From Microbacteriaceae bacterium (lineage in GTDB: Bacteria; Actinomycetota; Actinomycetes; Actinomycetales; Microbacteriaceae), in NCBI GenBank assembly GCA_030523945.1, contig JAUNHM010000001.1, positions 1 to 50,980 on the forward strand: DNA of 50,980 nucleotides. The letters are read 5' to 3'. Shown here one piece after another: positions 1 to 11,843 of this stretch. Every line of letters begins with the position of its first letter. Position 1 is the stretch's first letter. The notes below the pieces were generated by a model, which was given only the letters and a program-made list of their open reading frames with translations, made no database searches and was not told where the DNA came from. Made by a program: the position numbers and the translations under genes.

Positions 1-150
1 TCACCAGGATTAAAACCGCCAGGGTTAAAATCATTCGGGTCAATACTGTCGAAATCGAAATTATCCGGATCAAACCCGTCAAAATCGCTCGGGTCAAATC
101 CGTCGAAATCACCCTCATCATCGCTATCAAAAACGAAATTGTGCGGATCA
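1..150 (-). repeat. Coding acidic low-complexity repeat (FDP/FDG/FNP units)
   Basis: Translation reads ...FDPHNFVFDSDDEGDFDGFDPSDFDGFDPDNFDFDSIDPNDFNPGGFNPG. Confidence 0.8.
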
Positions 151-2156
151 AAACTCTGGCCAGCCCGCTCAGCAGCCTTACGCGCACCAACTTCCAAACT
201 ATACGAGCTTAGCTGCAGCAGCGTGCTCGCATCAGACTCCTCAAGTTGCGTAAAACTCGAGTCGCTGATAAGTTGCGATTCCAAACCAATAATCATCGCA
301 GAAGACGTCGCAACCATCAAAAACAGATCAATCGTCATCGGCGAAAGGAAAACCGGCGGCTGCCGTCGCGCCTCAAGATACTCGTGCAAAACCGCATCGC
401 TAAAAGAAAGCAAATCCGGATCCTCAGAAGTTTGCAAATACGCCCAGGTCGTCAAATATTCGCTAATCTCACGCGGATTAAAATGCTTGTCGCCAAACAG
501 CTCAACATCATGTTCCGAACGAGGCCGCTCGGCAAACAAGCCAGGACTGTGCGCGGGACGCGGCAAATAACGTAAAGTGTCTGCAAAAAGCAGCAGCGCG
601 GCCCTAAAAATCCGCTTATGATGCGACTCCGGCGGCAGCACCGACTCGCGCGATAGGTCAGTCCAGTTCTGCAAAACCTCAAATCGATCCTGCAAAGCAT
701 CATCTTGCAAAGACATAATATTCATGGCTTTTTCAAAATAGTCGTCAGCCAGCTCTGTATCTTCCAGCGCTAGATGCATTTGCGCGAGATGATGATAGGT
801 GAGGCCCGCGGTCGAGAGAATGCCCGCGTCCAAAGCCTCGGTCGCCAGCTCCTCCAACCCTGCACACAAATCAAGTAGCCGTTTTTCCGACGGAGACGCG
901 GCCGCGCGCATTTTCAGCTTTTCGATTCGCTCAAAAGTCTCAGCACACGGCGTAAAAAACCGCTCCCGACGGTCGGCCGCAATCCGCTCGTTATAGGCCG
1001 AGTCAAGTTGCGGGGCAACAGCAGCCAGCTCTTCCTCTTCGTCCTCGAGCAGGTCACTGTCACGCAACTGGGCAGGAGCGGGAGTGGCCGCGGCTGCCTC
1101 GGCAAGCGTGTCTTGATAGTGCGTGTTTTGGTTGCGTTTGTCAAATTCTTCAGCCCGCACGAGCGCGCACTCCAGCAGCGCACTGCGCAAACTGCCCAGG
1201 GTAGCAGCTTCAGCAGGCTCGGTCACCCCGGTGGGCGTATCGGCTGCAACTCCGCCGGCAATCAGCGCACTCAACCCGGCAATGAGACCGCGCTGCAAAA
1301 TCAGCAACGAAAGCGACTTATCTTCGAGGTCAAACAGTCGTTTCAGATCGTGATCGCTCAAATCTTGCAGCAGGGTTTGCAAAGCGCCACCGCGCCCCAG
1401 CGTTTCATAGGTGATGCCGCTGCTGCTCTCACCACCCTGCATTTTGCGCGCGTCACTATTAACGGTCGCCTCCGAAAGCCGGAAATTTTCGAGTGCAGCC
1501 TCGCTATCGCCGGTCATCAGATAGGCAAAAGCCAGCACCCGGTGCGTGTGCGCCGGTTCAACGTTGCAGCCGCTATCTTGCAGCTCGCCAACCCGGATCG
1601 CTTCCGCCCAGTCGCCCCGTTCAGCAAAAAACGCAACCTGTGAGCCAATGCGGCAGGCCGGGCATTCATCAAACTCGTCTAGTGGGGTGCTCAGCCATTC
1701 CCGCATTGCCGGCAGTGCCTCTTTCGAGCCGATTTGCGCCAAAAAATTGAAGCGTGCCGCGCGAGGTGCGCACAGTCCGTACCCGGCATCGCTGTAGTGG
1801 CGCGCCATTTCTTGTAAAAACTCTTCGCACTGTTGGCGTGAAAAATCTGGCAACCCCATTGCCGCGTCTGCGAGCCATTTATACTGCCAAAAAACGCTGT
1901 TTTTTTCATCTTCGTCAAACAGTTCTGGCTGTTCGTGCAAAAGTTTCAGAATCCGTGCAAAAGCTGGAAACATTAGCTTGTGATTGTTGCTAAAAGTGTA
2001 TGCTTCGTGCAGTTGCAGCAGTGCCCGGGGCAGCAAAAGTTCCGGCCCGTTTGCGGTTATTTCTTTTACGATCCGCTCGGTTGCGCGCACGCGAGCCATG
2101 TCGTACGGCTGGTGTGCCAACTCGTGCAGCTGGTTAAAAACATCGTGTTCTTCCAA
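1..2156 (-). CDS. Large helical/TPR-like protein, partner of the Hsp90-family gene (runs off the left edge, >718 aa)
   Basis: Absent from the ORF track because no stop lies in the window. Manual translation from TTG at 2156 (2 nt after the Hsp90 stop, with GGAG upstream) gives an open frame to position 1: MEEHDVFNQLHELAHQPYD...FWQYKW...DEFDECPAC...GCNVEP...FDKRNQN... Confidence 0.85.
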   Translation of the reverse strand, partial: MEEHDVFNQLHELAHQPYDMARVRATERIVKEITANGPELLLPRALLQLHEAYTFSNNHKLMFPAFARILKLLHEQPELFDEDEKNSVFWQYKWLADAAMGLPDFSRQQCEEFLQEMARHYSDAGYGLCAPRAARFNFLAQIGSKEALPAMREWLSTPLDEFDECPACRIGSQVAFFAERGDWAEAIRVGELQDSGCNVEPAHTHRVLAFAYLMTGDSEAALENFRLSEATVNSDARKMQGGESSSGITYETLGRGGALQTLLQDLSDHDLKRLFDLEDKSLSLLILQRGLIAGLSALIAGGVAADTPTGVTEPAEAATLGSLRSALLECALVRAEEFDKRNQNTHYQDTLAEAAAATPAPAQLRDSDLLEDEEEELAAVAPQLDSAYNERIAADRRERFFTPCAETFERIEKLKMRAAASPSEKRLLDLCAGLEELATEALDAGILSTAGLTYHHLAQMHLALEDTELADDYFEKAMNIMSLQDDALQDRFEVLQNWTDLSRESVLPPESHHKRIFRAALLLFADTLRYLPRPAHSPGLFAERPRSEHDVELFGDKHFNPREISEYLTTWAYLQTSEDPDLLSFSDAVLHEYLEARRQPPVFLSPMTIDLFLMVATSSAMIIGLESQLISDSSFTQLEESDASTLLQLSSYSLEVGARKAAERAGQSFDPHNFVFDSDDEGDFDGFDPSDFDGFDPDNFDFDSIDPNDFNPGGFNPG

Positions 2157-2158
2157 AA

Positions 2159-4069
2159 CTATGCTCCCGTTTCGTCGCTGTTGTTTTGGAGCGCCCGTTT
2201 GAGCAAAACATCGAGCGCGTCGCTCAAAATTGCGGTGTCGCCGGAGGCGAGTCCGGTGCCGCTCATTGCCGAGGCAGAGACGAAAAGCGCGGAGAGTCCG
2301 GCGTTAAATACGGTTTCGTCGTGGTGGTTTTCGAGCAGGTTGCGCACGACCGGGCAGGCGTCGTTTAAAATGATGGTGCGTGCCCGGAAGCTGCCGGTTT
2401 CGAGTAGCGATTGCAGCATGCCGTTCCACATGTCTGGGTCTTCTTCGTGCGCGCTCGCGGTTTGGGCGTGGTATTCGGCTTCCGGGTCGAACAGCAGCAT
2501 AGCTGGCACGTCGGCCGGTTCGAAGGTGCGCAGCAGCACGTCGCAGTCGGTTTCTTCAAAAAATTCGCGTGCGGCGGCTAGTCCCTGTTCGGTTGCGGTT
2601 TCGCGGTCGCTGCTGATAGGGGAGAGCGCGCTGGTGATGTCTTGCGGCGAAATTTCGCGGGTTTTCCATTTGAGGGAGGCTTGGAGACGGTCGATGATTT
2701 GGTTGTCGTAGGCGTATCCGGCGTTGACCACGGTGATGTTTGCGGCGCGCGCGACTGATTCGATGCGGCGGAAGTCTTCAACGCTTGGTGCAAAAACTAG
2801 CTCGTTTTCCGGGTTTTTTTCTCGGGCTGCTTGGAGCGTGATGCGCCCGGCTGTGGTTTCAAACGGTAGCGTGTTTGTGATCAGTTCCAAAAGTTCGGTG
2901 TCTTGTGCTGCTGCGGCGCGCAGGGCGAGTCCGTGTGCCGAGAGGAACAGCATTTTCACGTCTTCCAGGTCTGGGTCGGTCAGCAGGTTGATTAGCCATT
3001 CTTTGAGCTGTTTGCCGAGTTGTTCGCGGGCGACCATGAGTTCGTGGGTGTCGCGCAGGTCTTCACGGCTGGCGGTTGGCGAGAGTGCTTCGACGTTGAT
3101 GGCTGCGCGCACAAAAAACGCCCATTCTGGCAGGATTTTGTCGGAGCGGTCGCTCAGCAGCATTTGTTTGAGATAGACGCGGTGTTTGCTGCTGTTTGGC
3201 GGCACGCGTTGCGGAATCACAAAGGCGACTCCGTCGATGCCGAGCAGGTCGAGTTGCAGGTCGATGATTTCTGGCGGCCGGAATCCGAATGTTTCTTGGC
3301 AGTAGTTTGAGAGGCTGTTTTCGCGTTCGGCTGCGGAGTCGTATTGTGGTCGCCATGGCACTTGGTGTTTGTTGAGGCGTTCTAGGGTTGGCCGGTCTGC
3401 AAACATTTGTTCGCCTTGGAAACGGTGTTCGAGTCGCACGTCGACTGGCAGCAGATCGCCGTATTCGATTGTGAGGGAGCGCACGGTTTCGCGTTGTAGC
3501 CAGTCGTGTGAATCGATGCGGGCAACGATGTGCACTTGGGTACCGCCTGTGGCAATTTCTGCGGGTACTTGTTCGTCTGGGATTTCTTCGACTGTGAAGG
3601 TGCCGTCTGAGTTGCCGATCCAGAGCACGGCTGGTGGCAGTTGTCCGTTTTTGTCCGCTTTGCGGGAGCGGGTGTGTACGGTGATTTTGTCGGCTACCAT
3701 AAATGTTGCGAGCATGCCGATGCCAAACTGGCCTAGAAATTCGCGCCGGCCTTCTTGGAGTAGTTCATCGCGTTTGGTGGAGCGGCCGATTGTTGCGAGG
3801 AATTCTTGTGCTTCTGCGGTGGTGAGGCCGATGCCGCTGTCGGTGACGGTGAGCTCGGGGGAGTTTTTGCCGGTTTGTGGCAGGATGGTGATTTTTGCGG
3901 GCGTGTCAGGGTTGAGTTCGCGGGCGGCTGTGATCGCGTCGACGCCGTTTTGCAGCAGTTCTCGAATGTAGACTTGTGGCCCGGAATAGAGGTTTTGTGA
4001 CAGCAGTTTGACCAGGCCGCTTAGATCGACCTGGAAATTTTGCCCGTGTTTTGTCTCTTTTTCAGACAT
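2159..4069 (-). CDS. HSP90-family (HtpG-like) GHKL ATPase
   Basis: FQVDL...LYS...YIRELLQNGVDA, DSGIGL and GQFGIG motifs of the Hsp90 N-domain. Confidence 0.92.
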   Translation of the reverse strand: MSEKETKHGQNFQVDLSGLVKLLSQNLYSGPQVYIRELLQNGVDAITAARELNPDTPAKITILPQTGKNSPELTVTDSGIGLTTAEAQEFLATIGRSTKRDELLQEGRREFLGQFGIGMLATFMVADKITVHTRSRKADKNGQLPPAVLWIGNSDGTFTVEEIPDEQVPAEIATGGTQVHIVARIDSHDWLQRETVRSLTIEYGDLLPVDVRLEHRFQGEQMFADRPTLERLNKHQVPWRPQYDSAAERENSLSNYCQETFGFRPPEIIDLQLDLLGIDGVAFVIPQRVPPNSSKHRVYLKQMLLSDRSDKILPEWAFFVRAAINVEALSPTASREDLRDTHELMVAREQLGKQLKEWLINLLTDPDLEDVKMLFLSAHGLALRAAAAQDTELLELITNTLPFETTAGRITLQAAREKNPENELVFAPSVEDFRRIESVARAANITVVNAGYAYDNQIIDRLQASLKWKTREISPQDITSALSPISSDRETATEQGLAAAREFFEETDCDVLLRTFEPADVPAMLLFDPEAEYHAQTASAHEEDPDMWNGMLQSLLETGSFRARTIILNDACPVVRNLLENHHDETVFNAGLSALFVSASAMSGTGLASGDTAILSDALDVLLKRALQNNSDETGA

Positions 4070-4245
4070 TAAAACCTCGCTTCTGCAGTGAATTTTTTGT
4101 TACTCTAATTATGCCAGAGCGCGGTTGTGAAAATAATGGGCGAGTCTGAAAATTTTGTGTGCGAAATGAAATTTTGGTAACGGGTGTTCTTTGGTCGGTT
4201 TTGTTTGGTGGTCGCAGAATGAGATATCGCTGTGTCGAAAACGCG

Positions 4246-4282
4246 GTGCCGCCCAGACTTTTCGATCCGGGCGGCACTTTTT
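4246..4282. terminator. Intrinsic terminator-like hairpin downstream of icd
   Basis: GTGCCGCCC...GGGCGGCAC inverted repeat with nearby T-runs. Confidence 0.6.
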
Positions 4283-4299
4283 AGTTTTTTGATGCGTTT

Positions 4300-6579
<2,280 letters not shown>

Positions 6580-6645
6580 CTAACTTCTAATTTACACCTC
6601 TTACCTGTGTGTCTGCTAAGAAAAGAGGGGGTAAAATTAGCGGTG

Positions 6646-8502
6646 ATGAAATTTTTGCTTGCCGCCCTCGCCGCCGCCCTCGAAGCAATCGGGGTGCTGC
6701 TTTCGAGCGTTGTGCTGCTTGCAATTCCGGTTTTTATTATCTGGCTCACCCAGTTTCAGGCGCAGGGCAATCTCGCCCAGCCCTTTAGCGTAATTGCGAT
6801 GCTGTGGCTGCTGGGTCACGGGGTGCCGCTGAATTTCGAAATTAGCGCTGATCAGGCAAAATCGCTCGGTGCTGGGGCTGAGGCGGTGCAGTTGCCGCTC
6901 GGTCTACCGCTTTTGGCGATTGCTGTTTTTACCGTTTTCTTGGCGGTGTGGGCTGGTGGGCGTGTCGCGGGGAGTGCAGCGGCAAGTCCCGATGCGAAAA
7001 AGCGCCTTTTTGCGGTTGCAACAGTTTCGTCCTGGCTGGTTTTTAGTGGAATTACGGCGCTGCTGGCGTGGGTGAGTAAAACCTATACCGGCCACAATTC
7101 GTTGCTAATTTTCGCCAAACCGTTACTTGTTTTTGCGGTTAGTTGGCTGGCCGGGGCTGCTTGGCAGGCGCGCCGCGAACTGGTGCGTGCATACGACAGG
7201 GCCACTGTGGCCAGGTTCAAATCTGGTTCAGACGCTGGTAGGCAGCTTAGCGGTCTGCTGGCTGCTTTGCGATGCTCGCCACGCCTGTTTGCTGCGGTAA
7301 TTTGCGCGTTTTTTGGACTCGCGGCGCTTGGCGTGGCCGTGTCTACGCTGCTGCATTTCACCGAGTTTGTGCGCATCAGTCAGGGCCTGCATTTTGACTG
7401 GACGGGCGTTGTTGCCGCTTCTTTCCTATATTTACTGCTTTTGCCGGTTGCGATCATTTGGTCGCTGGCCTGGTTTTCCGGCGCCGGTTTTAGCATCGGC
7501 GTGGGCAGCGCGGTCAGCCCTTTTGAACAGTTGCTTGGTCCGGTGCCGGCGCTGCCTGTTTTTAGTCTCGTGCCGCACAGTTGGGGCAGTTGGGGTTTGC
7601 TGGCGCCTTGCATTTTGGTTGCGCTCGCTGCCGTAGTCGGGTTCTTTTTGGCGCCCGGGTTGCGCGATATTTTACCTTTGCAAAGGGGTGTGTCGATCGT
7701 GTTTGCGGCGGTTTTGTGCGGATGCGCGGCCGCAATTTGCTCGCTTTTTGCTAGCGGCCCGATCGGTTCTGATCGGCTTGTGCACACCGGTCCTGGAGTT
7801 TGGCAAACGGCCGGATTGGTTAGTTTGGAGGCTGCTATCGGGCTCGGTTTGGGAGTTTGGTTGCGGAAAACTCAAGCGTTTACCGGGAATGAAACCAGCG
7901 TGACAGGGGTTGCTGCGTTGCCAAGTTTGGGTTTGGAAAATTTGTCAAAATCTGCTGAGGCAAAAGACGATCAAGAGACCGAGCTGATTTCATCAACCGG
8001 TTTTATTACGGAATCGGAACTCGACTTTACCCGCGATAGTGCGGAGGAAAACTGGGAGCCTTTAACGCCGAAAACCGCTGAAGAAACTGCGCTTGCCGAA
8101 CTACCTGAGCTGCTGCCAGAAACGGAAACCACAAAAGTTGCCGATTTGGGTTTTCTCGATATTTCTGCGTCCGAGCCAGAAAATGAGCCGGCCGTCGAGC
8201 CTGAAAACGAGCCCGGAGCGGATAAAAAGCCTGGCGTTTTCAAGCAATTATTTGGTAAATTTGCGCAAAAAGCTGAAGAAATAACTGAGAAAATAACGGT
8301 AAAATCCGATAAAAAAGATGAGAAAGCAGCTCGAAAGACAGAAAAAGCTGCTGCAAAAGCCGTGAAAAAACGTGCCAAAAATGTTGCGTCCAGTGGTGAA
8401 ACCGAAGAAGACATAGATGCTACAACTCCGCTAAAACTCGATTCTCTCACCGAACTAGACCACCTGACACAAGCAGAAAAACGCCGCACAGATGACAGCT
8501 AA
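6646..8502 (+). CDS. DUF6350/PerM-like integral membrane protein with a long charged C-terminal tail
   Basis: About 10 TM segments; WLLGHGVP and GPVPALPV motifs; usual position upstream of purN. Start is GTG 6643 or ATG 6646. Confidence 0.75.
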   Translation: MKFLLAALAAALEAIGVLLSSVVLLAIPVFIIWLTQFQAQGNLAQPFSVIAMLWLLGHGVPLNFEISADQAKSLGAGAEAVQLPLGLPLLAIAVFTVFLAVWAGGRVAGSAAASPDAKKRLFAVATVSSWLVFSGITALLAWVSKTYTGHNSLLIFAKPLLVFAVSWLAGAAWQARRELVRAYDRATVARFKSGSDAGRQLSGLLAALRCSPRLFAAVICAFFGLAALGVAVSTLLHFTEFVRISQGLHFDWTGVVAASFLYLLLLPVAIIWSLAWFSGAGFSIGVGSAVSPFEQLLGPVPALPVFSLVPHSWGSWGLLAPCILVALAAVVGFFLAPGLRDILPLQRGVSIVFAAVLCGCAAAICSLFASGPIGSDRLVHTGPGVWQTAGLVSLEAAIGLGLGVWLRKTQAFTGNETSVTGVAALPSLGLENLSKSAEAKDDQETELISSTGFITESELDFTRDSAEENWEPLTPKTAEETALAELPELLPETETTKVADLGFLDISASEPENEPAVEPENEPGADKKPGVFKQLFGKFAQKAEEITEKITVKSDKKDEKAARKTEKAAAKAVKKRAKNVASSGETEEDIDATTPLKLDSLTELDHLTQAEKRRTDDS

Positions 8503-9781
8503 ACCAGCCCGCGACCCCGGCGCACACCGGATTGCACTGGTGATCGACTATGCGCTCGACTATCTCGGCGGCGCGCAAAACGCGTTCTGGGACGGCGCAC
8601 ACGCGCTAAAAAACGCCGGACACAGCATCACGATCGTTGCCCCGGACACGGCCAAAACTCGCAAAACCGCAGAGCTACAAAAATGGCAACGTGCCGGCGG
8701 GGGTGTTTTGCTGGTTAAAACGCGGGGCACAGTGCCGGGAGTTGGCCTTCCAATCGTGCCAAACACGTCAAAACTGCGCGCGCGGCTGAACGAACTTTAC
8801 AAAACCCAAGGTATCACCGCAGTGCACTTGCATTCGGAATTTGGACTGGCAAACGCGGCGCTACAAGCTGCACAGGCGCAAAATCTGCCCGTGGCGCACA
8901 CTGTGCACACATTTTTTTGGGAAGCGCGATTGCCAAAGGTGCTAGATTGGGTGGTTGCTGCGTTGCTGCGGCGGGGGCTGGGGTGGCTGATTGGCGCAAA
9001 AATATCAGGATTTGCGGTTACCGGTAAGCCGCTTGCTTCTGCCCGCACCGACAGTGTTTTGCGGGGCGCAACTCTGCAGACTGTGTTGGCTGCAGATGCG
9101 GTAATTTCACCTTCTGCACACCAGGCCGAAATTTTGCGGGAGGCCGCACAAAGAGCGATCGCGGTGGTGCCAAACCCGCAACACAGCGCGGCAGAAACTA
9201 AACCTGACACAGAAGCAGAGCTTGCTGTGATGCCAGATTTCGCACAGGGGTTGCGACTTGTGTGGATCGGGCGACTCGTGCCCGAAAAGCGCCTGATAGA
9301 GTTTATTAAAGCATGCAAACTTGTTCAAGAACAGGCGCCAAATTTGCGGTTTCAGGTTGCAATCGTGGGGGCAGGGCCGCTTGAAGCTCAGGCTCGCGCA
9401 CAGGCTAAAGGCCTGCCGATTAAGTTTTTGGGCAGGCTCGAGCGTGAGCAGGTGCTGGCGCAGATTTCGGCCGCGCACGTCACCGTTTTGAGTAGTAACG
9501 GCTTCGACAATCAGCCGGTCACGATTGTGGAGTCTGTGCAGCAGGGGAGGCCGGTTTTGCTGTGCGACAGGCGCCTGCCAGAAGGGCTACACGGCGGCAG
9601 CGGAATTTACACTGCGGGGCCTGCGCCGCAAGATTTTGCCCGCGAAATTATCCGCCTTGCCAATGACCCTGCCGCGGTACAAAAAGCGGCCGCAGCCACC
9701 GCACAAGACCGCGCAGATTTTTGCCCCGTAACCCACGTCGCCCGCCTGCTCAAAGTCTACGAAACCGCATCCCAGGTCTAG
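8492..9781 (+). CDS. GT-B fold glycosyltransferase, family 4-like
   Basis: D..LDYLGGAQ, HLHSEFG, HTVHT, WIGRLVPEKR, VGAGP and FDNQP...ES motifs; overlaps the upstream stop. Confidence 0.85.
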   Translation: MTAKPARDPGAHRIALVIDYALDYLGGAQNAFWDGAHALKNAGHSITIVAPDTAKTRKTAELQKWQRAGGGVLLVKTRGTVPGVGLPIVPNTSKLRARLNELYKTQGITAVHLHSEFGLANAALQAAQAQNLPVAHTVHTFFWEARLPKVLDWVVAALLRRGLGWLIGAKISGFAVTGKPLASARTDSVLRGATLQTVLAADAVISPSAHQAEILREAAQRAIAVVPNPQHSAAETKPDTEAELAVMPDFAQGLRLVWIGRLVPEKRLIEFIKACKLVQEQAPNLRFQVAIVGAGPLEAQARAQAKGLPIKFLGRLEREQVLAQISAAHVTVLSSNGFDNQPVTIVESVQQGRPVLLCDRRLPEGLHGGSGIYTAGPAPQDFAREIIRLANDPAAVQKAAAATAQDRADFCPVTHVARLLKVYETASQV

Positions 9782-9818
9782 TTTTAGGGGAGAGTAGTAG
9801 TGGCATCTTTTGCGACAG

Positions 9819-10553
9819 TTACTGTTCTGCGCTGGTAAGCTGTAAATTAAGTTTTTTGAGAATATTTTCGCGGGCGAGTTTTGCGGCGTTATCGACGAAA
9901 TCTGCACCCTCGCCGCGAGTGTATTCAAAGCCCTTGCGCGCGGTCACTACTTGCAGCAGCTCATCCGCAAACGCCGGGTTTTTCCCGCACACAGGCCCCT
10001 GCATCACTGTTGCATACAGGCTGCCAAACTGCTGCCCCTCGATCTTTTTGCCGCCCTCATTACCGCGCCCGTATACGACCTTGCCGAAGCCGGTTTCCAC
10101 CCCGTGGAACGCGCGGTTACTGTTCTGGAACCCGAACATAATCTCGCCGCCTCGCTTTAGCACCAACTCATCGGCGATCCGCTCGGTCATCGTCGAGGTC
10201 ACAGGTACAAGCCCCAGCCCCTCCGCGGTGCCACCGTCAGGCATCTCCAGGGTTTCCCCAAGCAGCGCCCAGCCAGATCCAATAGCCAGCATTGGCACGC
10301 CCGCCGCCAGCCAGTCGCTCAGTTGACCGCGATACGGCCGCAGCATTTCCGCATACTCCCGCAAATCACCGTCACTCGCCCCGCCAAGCACCACGAAATC
10401 TGGCGAATCAGGCGCACTCTCGCCCGCATTCACCGCCTGCACAGTGCTCGCAATCCCAGCCCACTCCAGGCGCTTCCCCAGCACCCGCGCATTCTGCGCA
10501 TCACTAAAAAAGTCACTCACTTCTGTGAGCATAGTCACAAGTTGCAGGGTCAT
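9819..10553 (-). CDS. gatD: GatD/CobQ-like type 1 glutamine amidotransferase homologue with catalytic Cys and His substituted
   Basis: Colinear with GatD (LGGASD, EGLGL, YGRGN, EG, GP..KNP) but has AIGSGW in place of ICGGYQ and MQGP in place of LHGP; 4-nt overlap with murT. Confidence 0.8.
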   Translation of the reverse strand: MTLQLVTMLTEVSDFFSDAQNARVLGKRLEWAGIASTVQAVNAGESAPDSPDFVVLGGASDGDLREYAEMLRPYRGQLSDWLAAGVPMLAIGSGWALLGETLEMPDGGTAEGLGLVPVTSTMTERIADELVLKRGGEIMFGFQNSNRAFHGVETGFGKVVYGRGNEGGKKIEGQQFGSLYATVMQGPVCGKNPAFADELLQVVTARKGFEYTRGEGADFVDNAAKLARENILKKLNLQLTSAEQ

Positions 10554-11821
10554 TTTTTCGCCCCAACTTTATGCTTAGTTTTTAGATGGTGACGCATAGG
10601 CCACATCATGCCAAAAGTAGAAAGAATTGTTTTCATGCCGTTTTTAGGAGCTGGCAAAGCCAGAAAATCGTCAAGTGCCTTAGCTAAATCAGGCTCCACT
10701 ATATCCACTTGGCAGCCAGCATAACCGAGCATCAACGCAGCCTCGCCGGCTTTTTCTCCGGTTGCAAAAGTGACCTGATGGAGACTGCTGAAATCACTCT
10801 GCCAAAAATAGGCCAGATCGTTGCCGTCACCCTCACCAAAAGCAAACAGCAACTGTTCGGTATCAGCAGGCACATTTTTCAGGTTAAAATACAGGCTGGC
10901 CGGATTTTGAAACAGTAAAACCCGCACATGCTCGCCACGTATATTCAGGATTTCGTCCCGCCAAAAAACCGTCTCAAAGTTTTCAAGCGCCTTAATCGCG
11001 GTGGTCGCATCAAATTTGTCCCCCAAAACCTGCTGCGCTGCACACATCGCGGCGGCACCATCGACCGCATAGTGCAAGCCGTCTAGTGGCAGTTTTGCAG
11101 GATAAACCTTGCCTGAAATCTCGTATTCTACAAGTTCCTGGCTGGAAGAAATCACTCGCACACCTTGGCCGACGGCAAGTCGCTCATCTTTATTGTCGCG
11201 CCACAGCGGCAGTCCGTCGGGTAGTTCGTTATAAACAGACTCTGAAATGCCAAAATAGTGTGCCGGTGCTTTAAAACCGGGTACCAAACCCATCAGTGCA
11301 GCATCATCGTGGTTTATTACCACCGCGCCGGTTGCTCGCTTTGCAATTTTTTCCAAATATTCCACAACTTTTGCTGGGTTATGAAAACGCTCAACCTGAT
11401 CGCGCACAACATTGTTAAGCAGCGCAACCCGCAAATCGTGGTTGGCAACGATTTTGGAACCTTGCCCCTCGTCCATTTCTAAAACCGCAATATCGCCTGG
11501 CAGTTTGCCAGACAGGCTAATCTGCGCAATAAAATCAGACACCAAACCCTGATGAATATTACCGGTGGTCGAGTTGGTATAGACGTTTACGCCGTGCGCA
11601 GCAATCACCGTCGCAACCATTTTTGTGGTTGTAGACTTGCCGACAGACCCCGAAACCACCACAATTCCCTCAGGAAAAGAGCGGAGCGCGTTGTCCAAAA
11701 ACTTTGGTGAAATCTTATTTATAACGACACCAGGAATCGCCGAACCGCCTGCCGGTCGAAAAACTTTTGTCGCAAAGCGCACGAATTTCCCCAGCAGGAT
11801 AACCAAAATATGCTTTCTCAA
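10550..11821 (-). CDS. murT: MurT-like Mur ligase (DUF1727 C-domain)
   Basis: GGSAIPG, P-loop SGSVGKSTTT, AVLEMDE, RDQ..R, N.DD, NP and DGND..W...DF motifs. Likely start is TTG 11821 (AGGA upstream); GTG 11842 is the alternative. Confidence 0.82.
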   Translation of the reverse strand: MRKHILVILLGKFVRFATKVFRPAGGSAIPGVVINKISPKFLDNALRSFPEGIVVVSGSVGKSTTTKMVATVIAAHGVNVYTNSTTGNIHQGLVSDFIAQISLSGKLPGDIAVLEMDEGQGSKIVANHDLRVALLNNVVRDQVERFHNPAKVVEYLEKIAKRATGAVVINHDDAALMGLVPGFKAPAHYFGISESVYNELPDGLPLWRDNKDERLAVGQGVRVISSSQELVEYEISGKVYPAKLPLDGLHYAVDGAAAMCAAQQVLGDKFDATTAIKALENFETVFWRDEILNIRGEHVRVLLFQNPASLYFNLKNVPADTEQLLFAFGEGDGNDLAYFWQSDFSSLHQVTFATGEKAGEAALMLGYAGCQVDIVEPDLAKALDDFLALPAPKNGMKTILSTFGMMWPMRHHLKTKHKVGAKK

Positions 11822-11843
11822 ACTGGCTTCCTGGGTAGTCACC

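Noticed and set aside
139-1993. Many short ORFs in the track (e.g. 1008..1643 +)
   Set aside because: They are shadows of the long minus-strand frame 2156..<1, which has an RBS and coupling to the Hsp90 gene
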